From: Polyangiaceae bacterium | GTDB taxonomy: Bacteria > Myxococcota_A > Polyangia > Polyangiales > Polyangiaceae | NCBI GenBank assembly: GCA_965222375.1 | Contig: CBDCTZ010000016.1 | Span: forward strand, 2,848,001-2,912,000 | DNA length: 64,000 nt | Direction: 5' to 3' | Part shown: piece after piece, positions 10,119 to 20,125 of the stretch | Layout: every line of letters starts with the position of its first letter | Position numbering within the stretch: the first letter of the stretch is position 1 | Program-made: the position numbers and the translations under genes | The notes under the pieces: generated by a model | The model's database searches: none | What the model was told of the DNA's origin: nothing | What the model saw: the letters and a program-made list of their open reading frames with translations, nothing else

Positions 10119-11695
10119 GCGGCCAGATCTTTCAATGGCCAACTCTGGTCGGCAAGGACACTAGCGAGCAGTGCGACGTCGCGATCATTGGTTCAGGTTG
10201 TGGTGGCGCTGCCCTCGCGATGCGGCTGGCGGAGGCCGGCAAGAGCGTCGTGATCATCGAACGGGGCGGTTACTACACCAAGGAAGACTTTGACCAGCGC
10301 GAGCTGAACATGCTTGCTCGAATCGCCGGTGGTCGCGGCCTGGATACGAGTGCTGACGGCTCGATTTCGCTCACCTACGGCAACAACGTGGGTGGAGCCA
10401 GTGTGCACTATTGGGCCGATAGCTACCGCCTGCCCGAGGACCGCGCAGCCCAGTGGCGCGAGGTGTTCGGAATGGAGGGCCACGACTCGAAACTCCTCGC
10501 CGAGCACTACGCAGTGATCGAAAAGGACCTGCACATCCATCCCGCAGGCGACGCCTATGTGAATCGTATGAACGCGATCGTGCGGGACGCGGCGCAGCAG
10601 CTCGACTGGGCCGTTCATCGCGTTCCTCAGGCGCGCCGGGGCTGCCTGGCCAGTGGCTTTTGCATGCAGGGATGCGCCTACGACGCGAAACAGAGTCAGT
10701 TGGTTACCTATGTCCCGCGTGCGCTCGCCGCTGGCGCACGGCACTACGCGGATACGCGCGCGGTTGATCTGCGCTTTTCGGGACGGCGAGTGGCCTCATT
10801 GCAGTGTGCCGTATTGGACCGGGCGACCGGGCGGCCGACGTCGGCGCGAGTCGAAGTGGATGCTAAGGCCGTAGTGATCGCTGCGGGTGGTTTCAATACG
10901 CCAGAGTTGCTCCTGCAATTCGAGTTGCCGCAGGCCTTGTCAGCCTTGGGGAGCAACTTCTTCTGTAACCCATGCCCGATGCTGCATGCACGCTTCGACG
11001 AGGACATCATCCAATGGCGGAACATCCCTGCAGCCTGGGGCGTGGAGGAGTTTCGCCGCGCTCGCTATGAAGGGCCAGAGCAGGTGTTTGGTCATCCGCC
11101 GGCGGGCAAGTATCGAGAGGGCGGCTACTTGCTGATGGCGAACCAGCTCCAACCAGGATTGCTTGCGGCGGTGCTTCCCGGGGTGGGCGATAGGCAACGC
11201 GAGCTGATGCGCGGCCTGCCGAGGCTCGGTGGCACTATCGCGTGGATTGACGACATAGAACCCGGGCGGATTTCCGTCGTGGATGGTCAGCGTCGCATTG
11301 ATGCGCCGTTGACGGGTGGCAACGCTCAGCGCATTCGGGACAGTTGGAAAAAGCAAGCTCGACTCTTGCTGAGGGCTGGCGCGCGCGAGCTGATGTTCGG
11401 AGACGTGGAAGACACGCGGATCCAAAAGGAGCAGGACATCGACGCGGCGGTGGCGCACCTGGCGCTGCGGCCGGCGCGGAACGTCTTTGCGGCTCCGCAC
11501 CCCGGCGGGGGAGCACGAATGGGACGCAGCGAATTGAATAGCGTGGTCGGTTTTGACCACCGGGTGCACGGGACGGACAACCTCTTTGTCAGTGATCCTA
11601 GCGTGTTTCCTTCACCACCTAGCGTCGACCCAAGCCTGACCATCATGGCATTCAGCTTCGTCGCGGCGGATGCGATTGGCAGCGCCTTGGGCTAG
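10115..11695 (+). CDS. GMC family FAD oxidoreductase
   Basis: IIGSGCGG FAD motif, VGGAS, CxxxGxCxxGC, HPGGGARMG, DPSVFPS. Confidence 0.9.
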   Translation: MSGQIFQWPTLVGKDTSEQCDVAIIGSGCGGAALAMRLAEAGKSVVIIERGGYYTKEDFDQRELNMLARIAGGRGLDTSADGSISLTYGNNVGGASVHYWADSYRLPEDRAAQWREVFGMEGHDSKLLAEHYAVIEKDLHIHPAGDAYVNRMNAIVRDAAQQLDWAVHRVPQARRGCLASGFCMQGCAYDAKQSQLVTYVPRALAAGARHYADTRAVDLRFSGRRVASLQCAVLDRATGRPTSARVEVDAKAVVIAAGGFNTPELLLQFELPQALSALGSNFFCNPCPMLHARFDEDIIQWRNIPAAWGVEEFRRARYEGPEQVFGHPPAGKYREGGYLLMANQLQPGLLAAVLPGVGDRQRELMRGLPRLGGTIAWIDDIEPGRISVVDGQRRIDAPLTGGNAQRIRDSWKKQARLLLRAGARELMFGDVEDTRIQKEQDIDAAVAHLALRPARNVFAAPHPGGGARMGRSELNSVVGFDHRVHGTDNLFVSDPSVFPSPPSVDPSLTIMAFSFVAADAIGSALG

Positions 11696-11870
11696 CCCGC
11701 GAAGCTGCGTCCATCTTGGCCCGCCAAGCCATCGATATGTGGCACGGGCCAGCTTCACCACCACGCTTCTGCCCAGGCGCGAACGTCAGGCGTGGCCTGG
11801 TCTGTGAACCGGGGGGTACGCCCGCGTTAGAGAATCATCAGCTGATGGGTTTTTTAGGGCAATTTCGAGC

Positions 11871-11886
11871 TGGCCCGATTCATGCT
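11871..11886 (+). promoter_or_regulatory. Candidate sigma54 -24/-12 promoter
   Basis: TGGCCCG-ATTC-ATGCT with correct GG..GC spacing, ending 13 nt before ATG 11900. Confidence 0.35.
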
Positions 11887-11899
11887 CTGCACAGCCGCC

Positions 11900-12931
11900 A
11901 TGGCAAAGCTGGGAGCGAATTGGGCGATCGTGGTGGGGCTGACAAGTGCCCTCGCCGCGTGCGGTGGGTCGAGTGATGGCGGGCTGAACGGGTCGGGTGG
12001 GACCGCTGGCGGCGCGGGCGCCGGCGGAAGCGGGGCGGCGGCTGGAGCTTCGGGCTCGGGTGGAGTTGCTGGCTCCGCTGGCGCGGCGGGCAATGCCGGT
12101 AGCGGCGGCAACCTTGGCGGCGCTGCCGGAAGCAGCGGCAGCGCAGGTGCCGGGGGCAGCGCCGGTGCCGGCACGGGTGGCGGCTCGGGCTACACCTTGG
12201 ACAATTTCTGCCAGCTCGCGATTCCGAAAGTGTGTGCCAGTCAGAAAGACTGCTGCAACACCAGTGGTTATGGCTATGACGAAAAGAAGTGCATCGCGTC
12301 AGCCACGGCGGATTGCCAAAAGGACATCGATGCGGTGAAGAAGGGCGAGCTGACCTTCGACCCGAAGAACACGGACGCGTGCCTCGCGGCTTACTCCAAG
12401 TACTTGAAGCAGTGCGTGATCACTTTCGAGAACTTCCCGCAGCTCCTGCGGGACCTCGACGTGTGCGAGCCCCTCTTCGAAGGCAAGGTGCAGACCGGGG
12501 GCAAATGCGACCGCGATTCTCAGTGCGCGTCCAGTAGCTCACCGAATACCTTCGTGAGCTGCGGAGACACGTCGATGGTCTGCGAAGCCTACACCTTGCT
12601 CGGTGAGAGTGCCCCGTGCACCCTCGAGGAAGACGCATCGAGCGGCTGCGACGCCGGCCTGTATTGCGACGTGAGCCTGATTACCGGGCCGCCCTACAAA
12701 GGGATCTGCAAGAAGGCGACCGCCAAGGGCAAGGCCTGCAACAAGTTCAAACCCTTCAACTTGGAATGCGGTCCAGGCTTTTACTGCAACAACTCGACAG
12801 GGGTGTGTACGACCGGCAAGGTCGGCGGCGCTGCCTGCGGCGGTGACGTCGAGTGCCGGAGCTTCTCCTGCGAGAACTTCAAGTGCGAACCCCTCTCACC
12901 CATCGTCGACCAGGACAGCTGCACCGGGTAA
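11900..12931 (+). CDS. Cys-rich lipoprotein with Gly/Ser/Ala linker
   Basis: LAAC lipobox, GGSG repeats, many Cys. Confidence 0.85.
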   Translation: MAKLGANWAIVVGLTSALAACGGSSDGGLNGSGGTAGGAGAGGSGAAAGASGSGGVAGSAGAAGNAGSGGNLGGAAGSSGSAGAGGSAGAGTGGGSGYTLDNFCQLAIPKVCASQKDCCNTSGYGYDEKKCIASATADCQKDIDAVKKGELTFDPKNTDACLAAYSKYLKQCVITFENFPQLLRDLDVCEPLFEGKVQTGGKCDRDSQCASSSSPNTFVSCGDTSMVCEAYTLLGESAPCTLEEDASSGCDAGLYCDVSLITGPPYKGICKKATAKGKACNKFKPFNLECGPGFYCNNSTGVCTTGKVGGAACGGDVECRSFSCENFKCEPLSPIVDQDSCTG

Positions 12932-13020
12932 ATGACGGACACTGAGCTGCAAGACCATGAAGCGCGTCATGGTCTTGCGGGGGCTCGTCTGAGGCCGCGT
13001 CCGGCGGTGGCAGCAGCGAG

Positions 13021-14589
13021 TCAGGAAACCAAGTGCAGAGCCCGCGGAGCTTCTTGCGGTAAGGCTTCGTGTACCGGGGTGACCTCTTCGAGGGGCACGA
13101 GCTCGGCATAGCGTCCCATCCACTGCGCGTACATCTGCACGTAGTACTGCGGCAGGCTGCTCTGCTCGCCAGTGTGGAAACGCAGCAAGTCGGGTTGCTC
13201 GAGCTGCCTCCGCCAACTGCGTAGCATGCGTCGCTGTAGCGTTCCGAAGGCGAATTTGGTGATGAACCCGAGTCGCTCTCGAGGGCTTCGCGCCGCTTGC
13301 ACTCGGCGCTCGAGCAGATGCGGCTGCAAGTAGCGACTCTGGGTGGCGATGATGCCATCAATCAACTCGAGGGGATCGACGCTTTCGAGAACGAAGGGCA
13401 CCCAAGGGAAGATGTAGAAGCACAGCGGCAGCTGCTGCAGGAGGCGGCCCGCGCCGAGCATGTCGAAGTAGAGCGGCGTCATGCCGTAGGCGACGGGCGT
13501 GTTCAGATACAAAGCGACGGTGGGGACGCGCTCCGCGAACTGACCAACCAGCTCGAAGGATTGCTCGGCATCGTCGCCGTCCAGCCCGAAGATGAAGGAT
13601 GCGTGCGTACCTTCGATGAACCGCGAGACCTCACCGACCTCTTGGATGATGTGTTCCAGTTTTTCGGGCGGGGTCATGGCGCCGGCGCGGGACTTGTTGG
13701 AATAGTCCGACAAGCTCTCGATGCCGAAACAAGCGTGGACGCAGCGGGTGTCGCGAATTCGCTGCAGTCGGTCTCCGCGCATGTTGGTCAAGGAGGTCGC
13801 GACGCCGAAGGGGTTACGTTTTTCTATGGGAACGCGTTCCAGAATGCTCAGGGTCTCGTCGAAACGCACCGCAAAGTTCGGGTCGTGAAAGAGCATGTGC
13901 GCGCCGGGAAACTGTCGGGTGGTTTCTTCGATATCTTGCGCGAACGCATCTTTCGGAGCCGCCAGGTAGGGCCGGTTGTAGTCGATGCAAAAGTTGCATG
14001 TGTACGGACAACCGACGCTGCCCAGTAGCGGCACGGTTCGACGCTGCGGTGCAAACCGTGGTGGAGCCGTTGACGCTTCGATCTCGGGCATTCGCTGTCG
14101 AACACTCGGCGGATAGCGAAAAGGAGCTGATGACAGCACCTGCCCACGCGGCGGATCACTGGCGACGAGCTGCAGGATCAACTCCTCGTTGCAGTCGCCC
14201 ACGACGTGATCGAAAAACCTCAGGGCGTCTGAGGGGAAGCTCTGCGCGTGGGCGCCGCCCAAGACGCTGCGTACGCCCCGCTGCTTGCAGATCCGAGCCA
14301 ACGCGTAGGCCATTGGCGAGATCCAAGTGAACGCGGAAACGAACAGAACATCCAGGTCGTGGGGGACCAGGTCCTCCAAAGATCCGAGGCCCAGGTAGAA
14401 CGTGTAGCGCACGTCGTGCCCCGCCTTGCGACACCACACGCTGGTGGCTTGCGCGGTGATGGATGCCTGGCGTGACGACAGCGCCGACGACAGCCAGGGC
14501 GCGCCGGGGGCATTGGCCAGGTCGACGACGCCGACCTGGCGCCGCCGTCCAGGGCGATCGGTGCACGGAGGCTTGACACGGACGGGCAT
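13021..14589 (-). CDS. Cobalamin-binding radical SAM protein
   Basis: N-terminal B12-binding-like region (LGGAHA), CPYTCNFC motif, FIFGLD. Confidence 0.88.
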   Translation of the reverse strand: MPVRVKPPCTDRPGRRRQVGVVDLANAPGAPWLSSALSSRQASITAQATSVWCRKAGHDVRYTFYLGLGSLEDLVPHDLDVLFVSAFTWISPMAYALARICKQRGVRSVLGGAHAQSFPSDALRFFDHVVGDCNEELILQLVASDPPRGQVLSSAPFRYPPSVRQRMPEIEASTAPPRFAPQRRTVPLLGSVGCPYTCNFCIDYNRPYLAAPKDAFAQDIEETTRQFPGAHMLFHDPNFAVRFDETLSILERVPIEKRNPFGVATSLTNMRGDRLQRIRDTRCVHACFGIESLSDYSNKSRAGAMTPPEKLEHIIQEVGEVSRFIEGTHASFIFGLDGDDAEQSFELVGQFAERVPTVALYLNTPVAYGMTPLYFDMLGAGRLLQQLPLCFYIFPWVPFVLESVDPLELIDGIIATQSRYLQPHLLERRVQAARSPRERLGFITKFAFGTLQRRMLRSWRRQLEQPDLLRFHTGEQSSLPQYYVQMYAQWMGRYAELVPLEEVTPVHEALPQEAPRALHLVS

Positions 14590-14885
14590 AGCAACCTTAA
14601 GCTTAGCCTCCGAGCGCTTTCCGCCGCCCGAAAATGTTGTAGAGATTCAGCCGTGATGACCTATCGCGCTGGGTGTCGGCTCCAGCTTCGTTCCTTCGTC
14701 ATCGGGCCTGGGGGTTGGAGCGCTGGGTGTGTAGCGCTGCCACGATCAACTCCACCGACGAGCTGTTTAACGCACCGCGGGCGGCAATGGACTCGCTGAG
14801 GCCTGCGTTGGAACGAGCCGCCCAGCTACTCGACGCGCTTCGTCGCGCTTGCTCTCGGAATGTGTCTTGGACGTATTCGCGCGTG

Positions 14886-15320
14886 TCATGCGTCGCGTGA
14901 AGCACCTTCAGCTGTGCCGGGGTCGGCCCAGGTGGTGAGCGTCAGCTCGACCGCCAGGACCGCCCAGGAACTCTCTTGTGGCCACCGGCTGCGGCTCATG
15001 CGCTTCCAGGATTCGCAGTCGCACGCCCAGTCGTCTTCAGAACCAGGGTAGCATACCTTGGCGTCAGCGACTCGCATGCGGCGACCGGCAGCGGGTCGAT
15101 AGCTGATTTCTAAGGACACATCGTCGAGGGCCCGCGTGTCGACGACGACGCCTTCGCCGCAGCTGACGCATGAGCGTGCACTGCTCAGGGGTATCGCAAA
15201 CGCGCTGCCGTTCGGCACCCACACTTGAAGGACACAGTCCTTGCCGTCCCCAACGACTCTGACTTTGCTGACTTCGCCTCGAAATGGGAACTCTCGAAAT
15301 CCGAGTTCCTCTGCCATCAC
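14886..15320 (-). CDS. Hypothetical protein (possible mobile-element cargo)
   Basis: 144-aa ORF, no recognised motif. Confidence 0.4.
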   Translation of the reverse strand: MMAEELGFREFPFRGEVSKVRVVGDGKDCVLQVWVPNGSAFAIPLSSARSCVSCGEGVVVDTRALDDVSLEISYRPAAGRRMRVADAKVCYPGSEDDWACDCESWKRMSRSRWPQESSWAVLAVELTLTTWADPGTAEGASRDA

Positions 15321-15371
15321 GAAACGCTAGCGTAGGAAGACGCCGCTGTCGACGACGTGTGAACAAAACTG

Positions 15372-15584
15372 TTGAAAGCCGCAATGCGTTTCGTTTCGCG
15401 ATGCTTCGAGGCACACGTGCGTCTGCAATTTGGGATTTCGCCGCTGCATGTGCATCGCGACGCGCCAGCGCGTCCTTCCACGAATGCGCAGTGCAGCGTG
15501 GGCTGCGATCACAGCGCGAAATTCCACTCATGCTGTGCTCAAAATCTCCCAAAATTCCGGTGAACAAGTCGCTGACGCGACACA
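15372..15584 (+). mobile_element. Solo diverged copy of the DDE element right end; truncates the IS110 gene
   Basis: Colinear similarity with 18805-19018, both ending gtgaacaa.tcgctgacgc.acaca. Confidence 0.75.
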
Positions 15585-16501
15585 CTGTGGAAGCGTTTTG
15601 CTTCGTCAATCACGCTCACGAAGCTCGCCGCCACGATGCGTCCGACGCCGGGCACGGTCGTTAGTTGAGCAACCATGGGTTCGGCGACGAGCAGTTCGTC
15701 TAGCTGTTGCTCGACAGTGCCCAACTGCACCTCCAAGGACTCCAATGTAGCCAGCAGGGGTTCGATGGTGGCCTGCACCTCGGGGCTGGTGTCGCTGTTG
15801 CGCACGCGAGTGACGAAGTTCTCCGCGTCACATGTCGGCAACTTGCGGCCATACTCGCGTGCCAAGCCGCGCATCGTCGTTATGTACTGCGCTCGAGTTT
15901 CCACCAGCGCGCGACGCACACCCAACTGTCGCCGGAGCGCTTGTCGATGCGGCGACAGCATGTGCGCAAGCGGAATCCCACCGCGCTCCACAGCAAACGC
16001 CATCGTCTCGGCGTCTATCTTGTCGTTCTTCCGTCGGTGCTGCCCGATCCCGAGCTTGCGACTGCGTGTCGTGTCCACCAACAGCACTTCGTTGCCCCAC
16101 TCCGTCAGCTTACCGTGGACAAACCACGCCTCACGACAGGCCTCGATGGCCACGCAGGCCGGCTCTCGCTCTGGTCCAAGCCAGCGCTCGAGCGCCGCAA
16201 TGGAATCAACGGTCACACGTTCCAAGACTTCATCGCCAGATACCTCGCAGTACGCGATCTTCTTGGAGCCCAGATCCAATGCTACACTTCTCATGGTCGA
16301 GTTCCCTTTCGCCCCCAGGTTGACTGCGCCTTTTGAGCGCGTGGGGGTGCCGGCAGGGCTACCCGCCGGCGGGAACTCGGCCAGCTCTTTCTTCGTCAGG
16401 CGCCGGCCTCGCACCGCCGCGGGCTTCGTCGCCGCGGCCTTTTTGCCAGCTCGAGCTCGAGTCTTTGTTTTCTTCGCTGCTCTTTTCCGTTGGGTAGACA
16501 T
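15585..16501 (-). pseudogene. IS110-family DEDD recombinase, C-terminally truncated
   Basis: VALDLG, IEAC, KNDKIDA, TVPGVG; homology stops at RFHS where the repeat starts; alternative start 16294. Confidence 0.88.
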
Positions 16502-16760
16502 GGTCGCTCCAGGACCGCCTCATCCCGTCTTGCTCGCGGCGCCTGCGAGCGCGAGTACAACTTGATAGACTTTCTAAAACGCGCGGCAGTCGCCGCTGCG
16601 CGAGACCCCGGGGAACACCCGACGGGGTGTGGCAGGGCGGGGCGGTTGCCGTCGAGCTGCGTCTATGACTTTCAACCGCGATGCTTTGGGCAGCGCTGGG
16701 GCGCCGGCACGGAGCTTTCGACGTGCGGTCTACGCTGCGTCTTGTCTAGACTGCTGGCGT

Positions 16761-17270
16761 CTAGGGAGCGAAGACGTCGTCCAGAGAGTCGACGGTGATG
16801 ACGCGCTCTGCATAACGCTCCAGCTCCTCGATGGAGCTGCTTTGCACGCGCGAAGTCTGCTCCGCAGAGGGAGCCCCAAACTTCAGTGTGAGTAGCTTGA
16901 GCACGATCTCGGCTTTGCCTTCGGCTTTGCCTTCGGCTCGTGCTTCCTGCGTGAGAATCTGTGCTCCAGTCATGAATGCTTCCTCCAGCCTTGAGCCAAG
17001 TTGCCGAAACAGTTGCCGGGTCTCCTCGGGCTTCGTCTCGCTGGTGTGGAGAATATAGCGCACTAGCGCCGCCAATGCCGCTACCCCGTTGGGCGCCGCG
17101 CTGGCTTCTAGCAAAAGCTCCTGCCAGCCGAGTAGCTCCGGCATCAGATCCACTTGTTTGCGCGCCTGGCTGAAGCTCAGTAGGGTCAGTCGCCCCAGAG
17201 CCGTCATCACCCGGGACTTGAGTTCTTCGGAGCGAGCCGCCGACAGGTCGTCCAGCACGTACTCGAAGCG
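16761..17270 (-). pseudogene. Rpn/YhgA-like nuclease C-terminal remnant
   Basis: FEYVLDDLS, MTGAQIL, EGKAEGKAE repeats, KLLTLKFG; PD-(D/E)XK N-terminus absent. Confidence 0.75.
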
Positions 17271-17452
17271 AGTGCTCGATGCGCTCAATTGTACCAAGTG
17301 CTGCTGGTGCAGTCTCTCGGATTCGCGCGGACGCTTGCGAAAACTCGAAGCCTTCTGGCACAACCAATGATCGTGCCGGTGGCCAGTGCCTCGTCGTACC
17401 AAGCTTCCGACAACGACTTCTTGCGCGGTCCGGGTAACGTTACTCTGGCAGG

Positions 17453-18808
17453 ATGTCCAAGCTCCTCAATGTGCCGCTGCCGAAGTGCTGGCCTGAGCAC
17501 ACAAAGCTCGCCATCCTCCATGCCATCACGCAGGCGCACTTCGTGCTTAGCCACGCGCGCAGCTGGTGCATCAACAGTCGCATCTCCCGCGTCCGCCTTG
17601 CCGCCGAGCGCGACATCGCTATCGCCAAGGTCGCTCAGCTCGAAGAGATCGTGCGCATCCTGTCCGTCCGCCTTGCCCTCATCGAGCCCAATCGCAGGCC
17701 GCAGTATCCCCCCGCCGAGCGACTGGCCATCCTGCTGTTGCGTGGCTCCGTGGGTTGGACCATCGCCAAGACGGCTAGAATGTTCCTGGTCACGCCGCAG
17801 ACCATCGCTCGCTGGATGAAGCGTCTCGACGACGACGGGCCAGATGCTCTCTTGGCGCTGCGCCAGCCCGTCAATCGCTTTCCGGACTTCGTCCGCGAGA
17901 CCGTCCGCGCGCTGCGCGCGACCTTTCCTAGCTTGGGCTCCCAACGCATCGCCAACATGCTCGCTCGCGCTGGCGTGCATCTGGCTGCCTCGACCGTAGG
18001 CCGGATCTCGAAAGAAGAACCTCCGTCGGAGCCGAGTCCGGGCGAGCAAGACCGGGCCACCGACAACGAGCGTGTTGGCGAAACCGAGACCGACGCGACC
18101 ACGCCTCGCGTTGTGACTGCTCGCTACCCCCATCACCTTTGGCATGTCGATCTCTCGCTGCTTCCCAGAGTCGCGGGCTGGTGGGTTTCCTGGGTCCCGC
18201 ATTCGCTGAAACAAGCCTGGCCCTTTTGTTTCTGGATCGGCGTCGTGCTCGATCACTTCTCTCGCTCCGTCGTGGCTTGGCGACTGTACTTGTCTCAACC
18301 CTCCGCCAAGCAAGTGTGCTCCTTGCTCGAAAAGGCTCGCCGCAATGCCGGCGTCGCGCCCAAACACATCGTGACCGACCGCGGGCCGCAGTTTGCCAAG
18401 AAGTACAAGGCCTGGTGCAAGCGCCGTGGTGTCAAGCCGCGCTTCGGCGCCATCGGCAAGAGCGGCAGCATCGCCATCATCGAGCGCTTCTTTCGCTCTC
18501 TCAAAGACGAGATGCTCTGGCGCCTTCCGGTCTTGATGCTCTCGCTGCCGAGGATGCGCGCCGAGGTCAGCGCGTACATCGAGTGGTATCACGAGCATCG
18601 ACCGCACATGGCTCTGGGTGGCGCCACCCCTGCGGAGTTTCGTGATGGGCGCACGCCCGCGCGCGACCTGCCTCGCTGGTCGCTTCGCGCGGGCGTTCCG
18701 CTCCCGCGAGGCGACCCCGCCCAGCGCGTTGCGGGCTTGCAGCTCGTGACCGGGCGCGTCCAAGGCCGCAACCACTTGCCCATCGTCTCGCTCCGCGACG
18801 CCGCTTGA
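17453..18808 (+). CDS. DDE integrase/transposase (rve core with HTH; IS481/IS3-like)
   Basis: WHVD, VLDHFSR, TDRGPQF, IERFFRSLKDE, YHEHRPH...TPAE. Confidence 0.9.
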   Translation: MSKLLNVPLPKCWPEHTKLAILHAITQAHFVLSHARSWCINSRISRVRLAAERDIAIAKVAQLEEIVRILSVRLALIEPNRRPQYPPAERLAILLLRGSVGWTIAKTARMFLVTPQTIARWMKRLDDDGPDALLALRQPVNRFPDFVRETVRALRATFPSLGSQRIANMLARAGVHLAASTVGRISKEEPPSEPSPGEQDRATDNERVGETETDATTPRVVTARYPHHLWHVDLSLLPRVAGWWVSWVPHSLKQAWPFCFWIGVVLDHFSRSVVAWRLYLSQPSAKQVCSLLEKARRNAGVAPKHIVTDRGPQFAKKYKAWCKRRGVKPRFGAIGKSGSIAIIERFFRSLKDEMLWRLPVLMLSLPRMRAEVSAYIEWYHEHRPHMALGGATPAEFRDGRTPARDLPRWSLRAGVPLPRGDPAQRVAGLQLVTGRVQGRNHLPIVSLRDAA

Positions 18809-19018
18809 ATCGCGCAATGCGTTTTGTTTCGCCATGCATCGAGGCACTCGTGCGTTTGCGATTTGGGATCTTGCGTCTGGACGCGTACTGCCACGCTCGA
18901 ACGCGTCCTTCCACGACTGCCTGCTGCAGCGTGGAGCGCGATCAGAGTCCGAAATTCCAGTCACGTTGTGCTCACAATTGCGCGGTTTTCTGGGTGAACA
19001 ACTCGCTGACGCAACACA
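18805..19018 (+). mobile_element. Right end of the DDE element
   Basis: Directly follows the transposase stop, ends in ...ACA, repeated at 15372-15584. Confidence 0.65.
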
Positions 19019-19064
19019 GCAAAACCAGCCCCGAAATACGGTAAAATAATGGCGATTCTTGCGC

Positions 19065-19096
19065 TACTTGCATGTATGGGAATACTTGCATATAGA
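19065..19096 (+). promoter_or_regulatory. Sigma70-type promoter with overlapping candidate ArsR/SahR operator
   Basis: TTGCAT-N17-TATAGA (19068-19096); tacttgcat occurs twice; imperfect palindrome TATG-N10-CATA 19075-19092. Confidence 0.55.
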
Positions 19097-19105
19097 TCCC
19101 GCCCC

Positions 19106-20125
19106 ATGGTGACCGCAGCCCCCCAAGTGGCCGAAGAGCGTTGGCAGCTCTATCGCCTGCTGGCCGATCCGAATCGGCTGCGGCTGCTTGCGCTTTCTGC
19201 CACAGAAGAGCTGTCCGTGGGGGAATTGGCCGAACTCCTGGGGGAACCCCAGCCGAATGTCTCGCGGCACGCCTCTCCTTTGCGCCAGGCGGGTCTGCTG
19301 GCGCATCGCAAGGACGGCACCCGCATCTTCGTGCATCTAGCCGACTCGGTGCAGAGCGATCCGGTTGTCGTGGATGCGCTCAGCGCCGGCCGCAAGCTCT
19401 GCGAGGAAGACGGCAGCTTGGACCGCGTCGCTTCCGTCATCGCTCGCCGCGATGCCAAGGCGCGGGAGTTCTTCGCGCGGCCGGGCAGTGTCGAGGTCAG
19501 CGTTTCACCCAACTTGCCTGTGTACTTGCATGCATTCGAAGGCTTGCTCAGCCCGGCGAACGTTGCGGTGGATGCCGGAACCGGAGACGGTGAGTTGCTC
19601 GACATTCTCGCGCCGTTGTTCGGCCGCGTAGTGGCGCTGGACCGAAGTGCGGCCCAGCTCGACCGCGCTCGAACCAGGATTGCGGCGCGAGGTTACGACA
19701 ACGTAGAACTGATGGAGGGTGATGTCAGCGCGGTCACGAGCCCCTTGGGCGCCGACCTGGTGGTTGCGGCTCGCATGCTGCATCACGCGCCGCGCCCCAG
19801 GCCGGCGCTGTCGGAGCTAGCGAGCTTGGCGCGCCCCGGCGGCCACGTGCTGGTGATCGACTACGCCCGCCACGATGATGAGCGCTTGAGCGATGAACTT
19901 GCGGACTTGTGGCTCGGCTTTTCCAAGGATGAGCTGGCGAGTTTCGCGCGCGACGCGGGACTGGAGGACGTGGCAGTCCGCGACATTCCGCGGGGCCTGC
20001 ATCGCTTCGGCCCCGACGCTCACCTTGGATGGATTTACGCAGTGGGGACTCGACCTGTCGACTCCTCTCCTCAAACGACCAACAGCCGCTCAGCGGCTCG
20101 AAAGCATAGAAAGACGCAACAATGA
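19106..20125 (+). CDS. ArsR-family regulator fused to SAM-binding methyltransferase domain (SahR-like)
   Basis: [26 protein letters not shown] plus VDAGTGDG; overlaps ahcY start. Confidence 0.9.
   Translation: MVTAAPQVAEERWQLYRLLADPNRLRLLALSATEELSVGELAELLGEPQPNVSRHASPLRQAGLLAHRKDGTRIFVHLADSVQSDPVVVDALSAGRKLCEEDGSLDRVASVIARRDAKAREFFARPGSVEVSVSPNLPVYLHAFEGLLSPANVAVDAGTGDGELLDILAPLFGRVVALDRSAAQLDRARTRIAARGYDNVELMEGDVSAVTSPLGADLVVAARMLHHAPRPRPALSELASLARPGGHVLVIDYARHDDERLSDELADLWLGFSKDELASFARDAGLEDVAVRDIPRGLHRFGPDAHLGWIYAVGTRPVDSSPQTTNSRSAARKHRKTQQ

Noticed and set aside
17285..18964. 559-aa antisense ORF (and similar long shadow ORFs such as 5839-6795, 56283-57434, 61154-62386)
   Set aside because: Shadow frames of real genes, expected in high-GC DNA; no motifs
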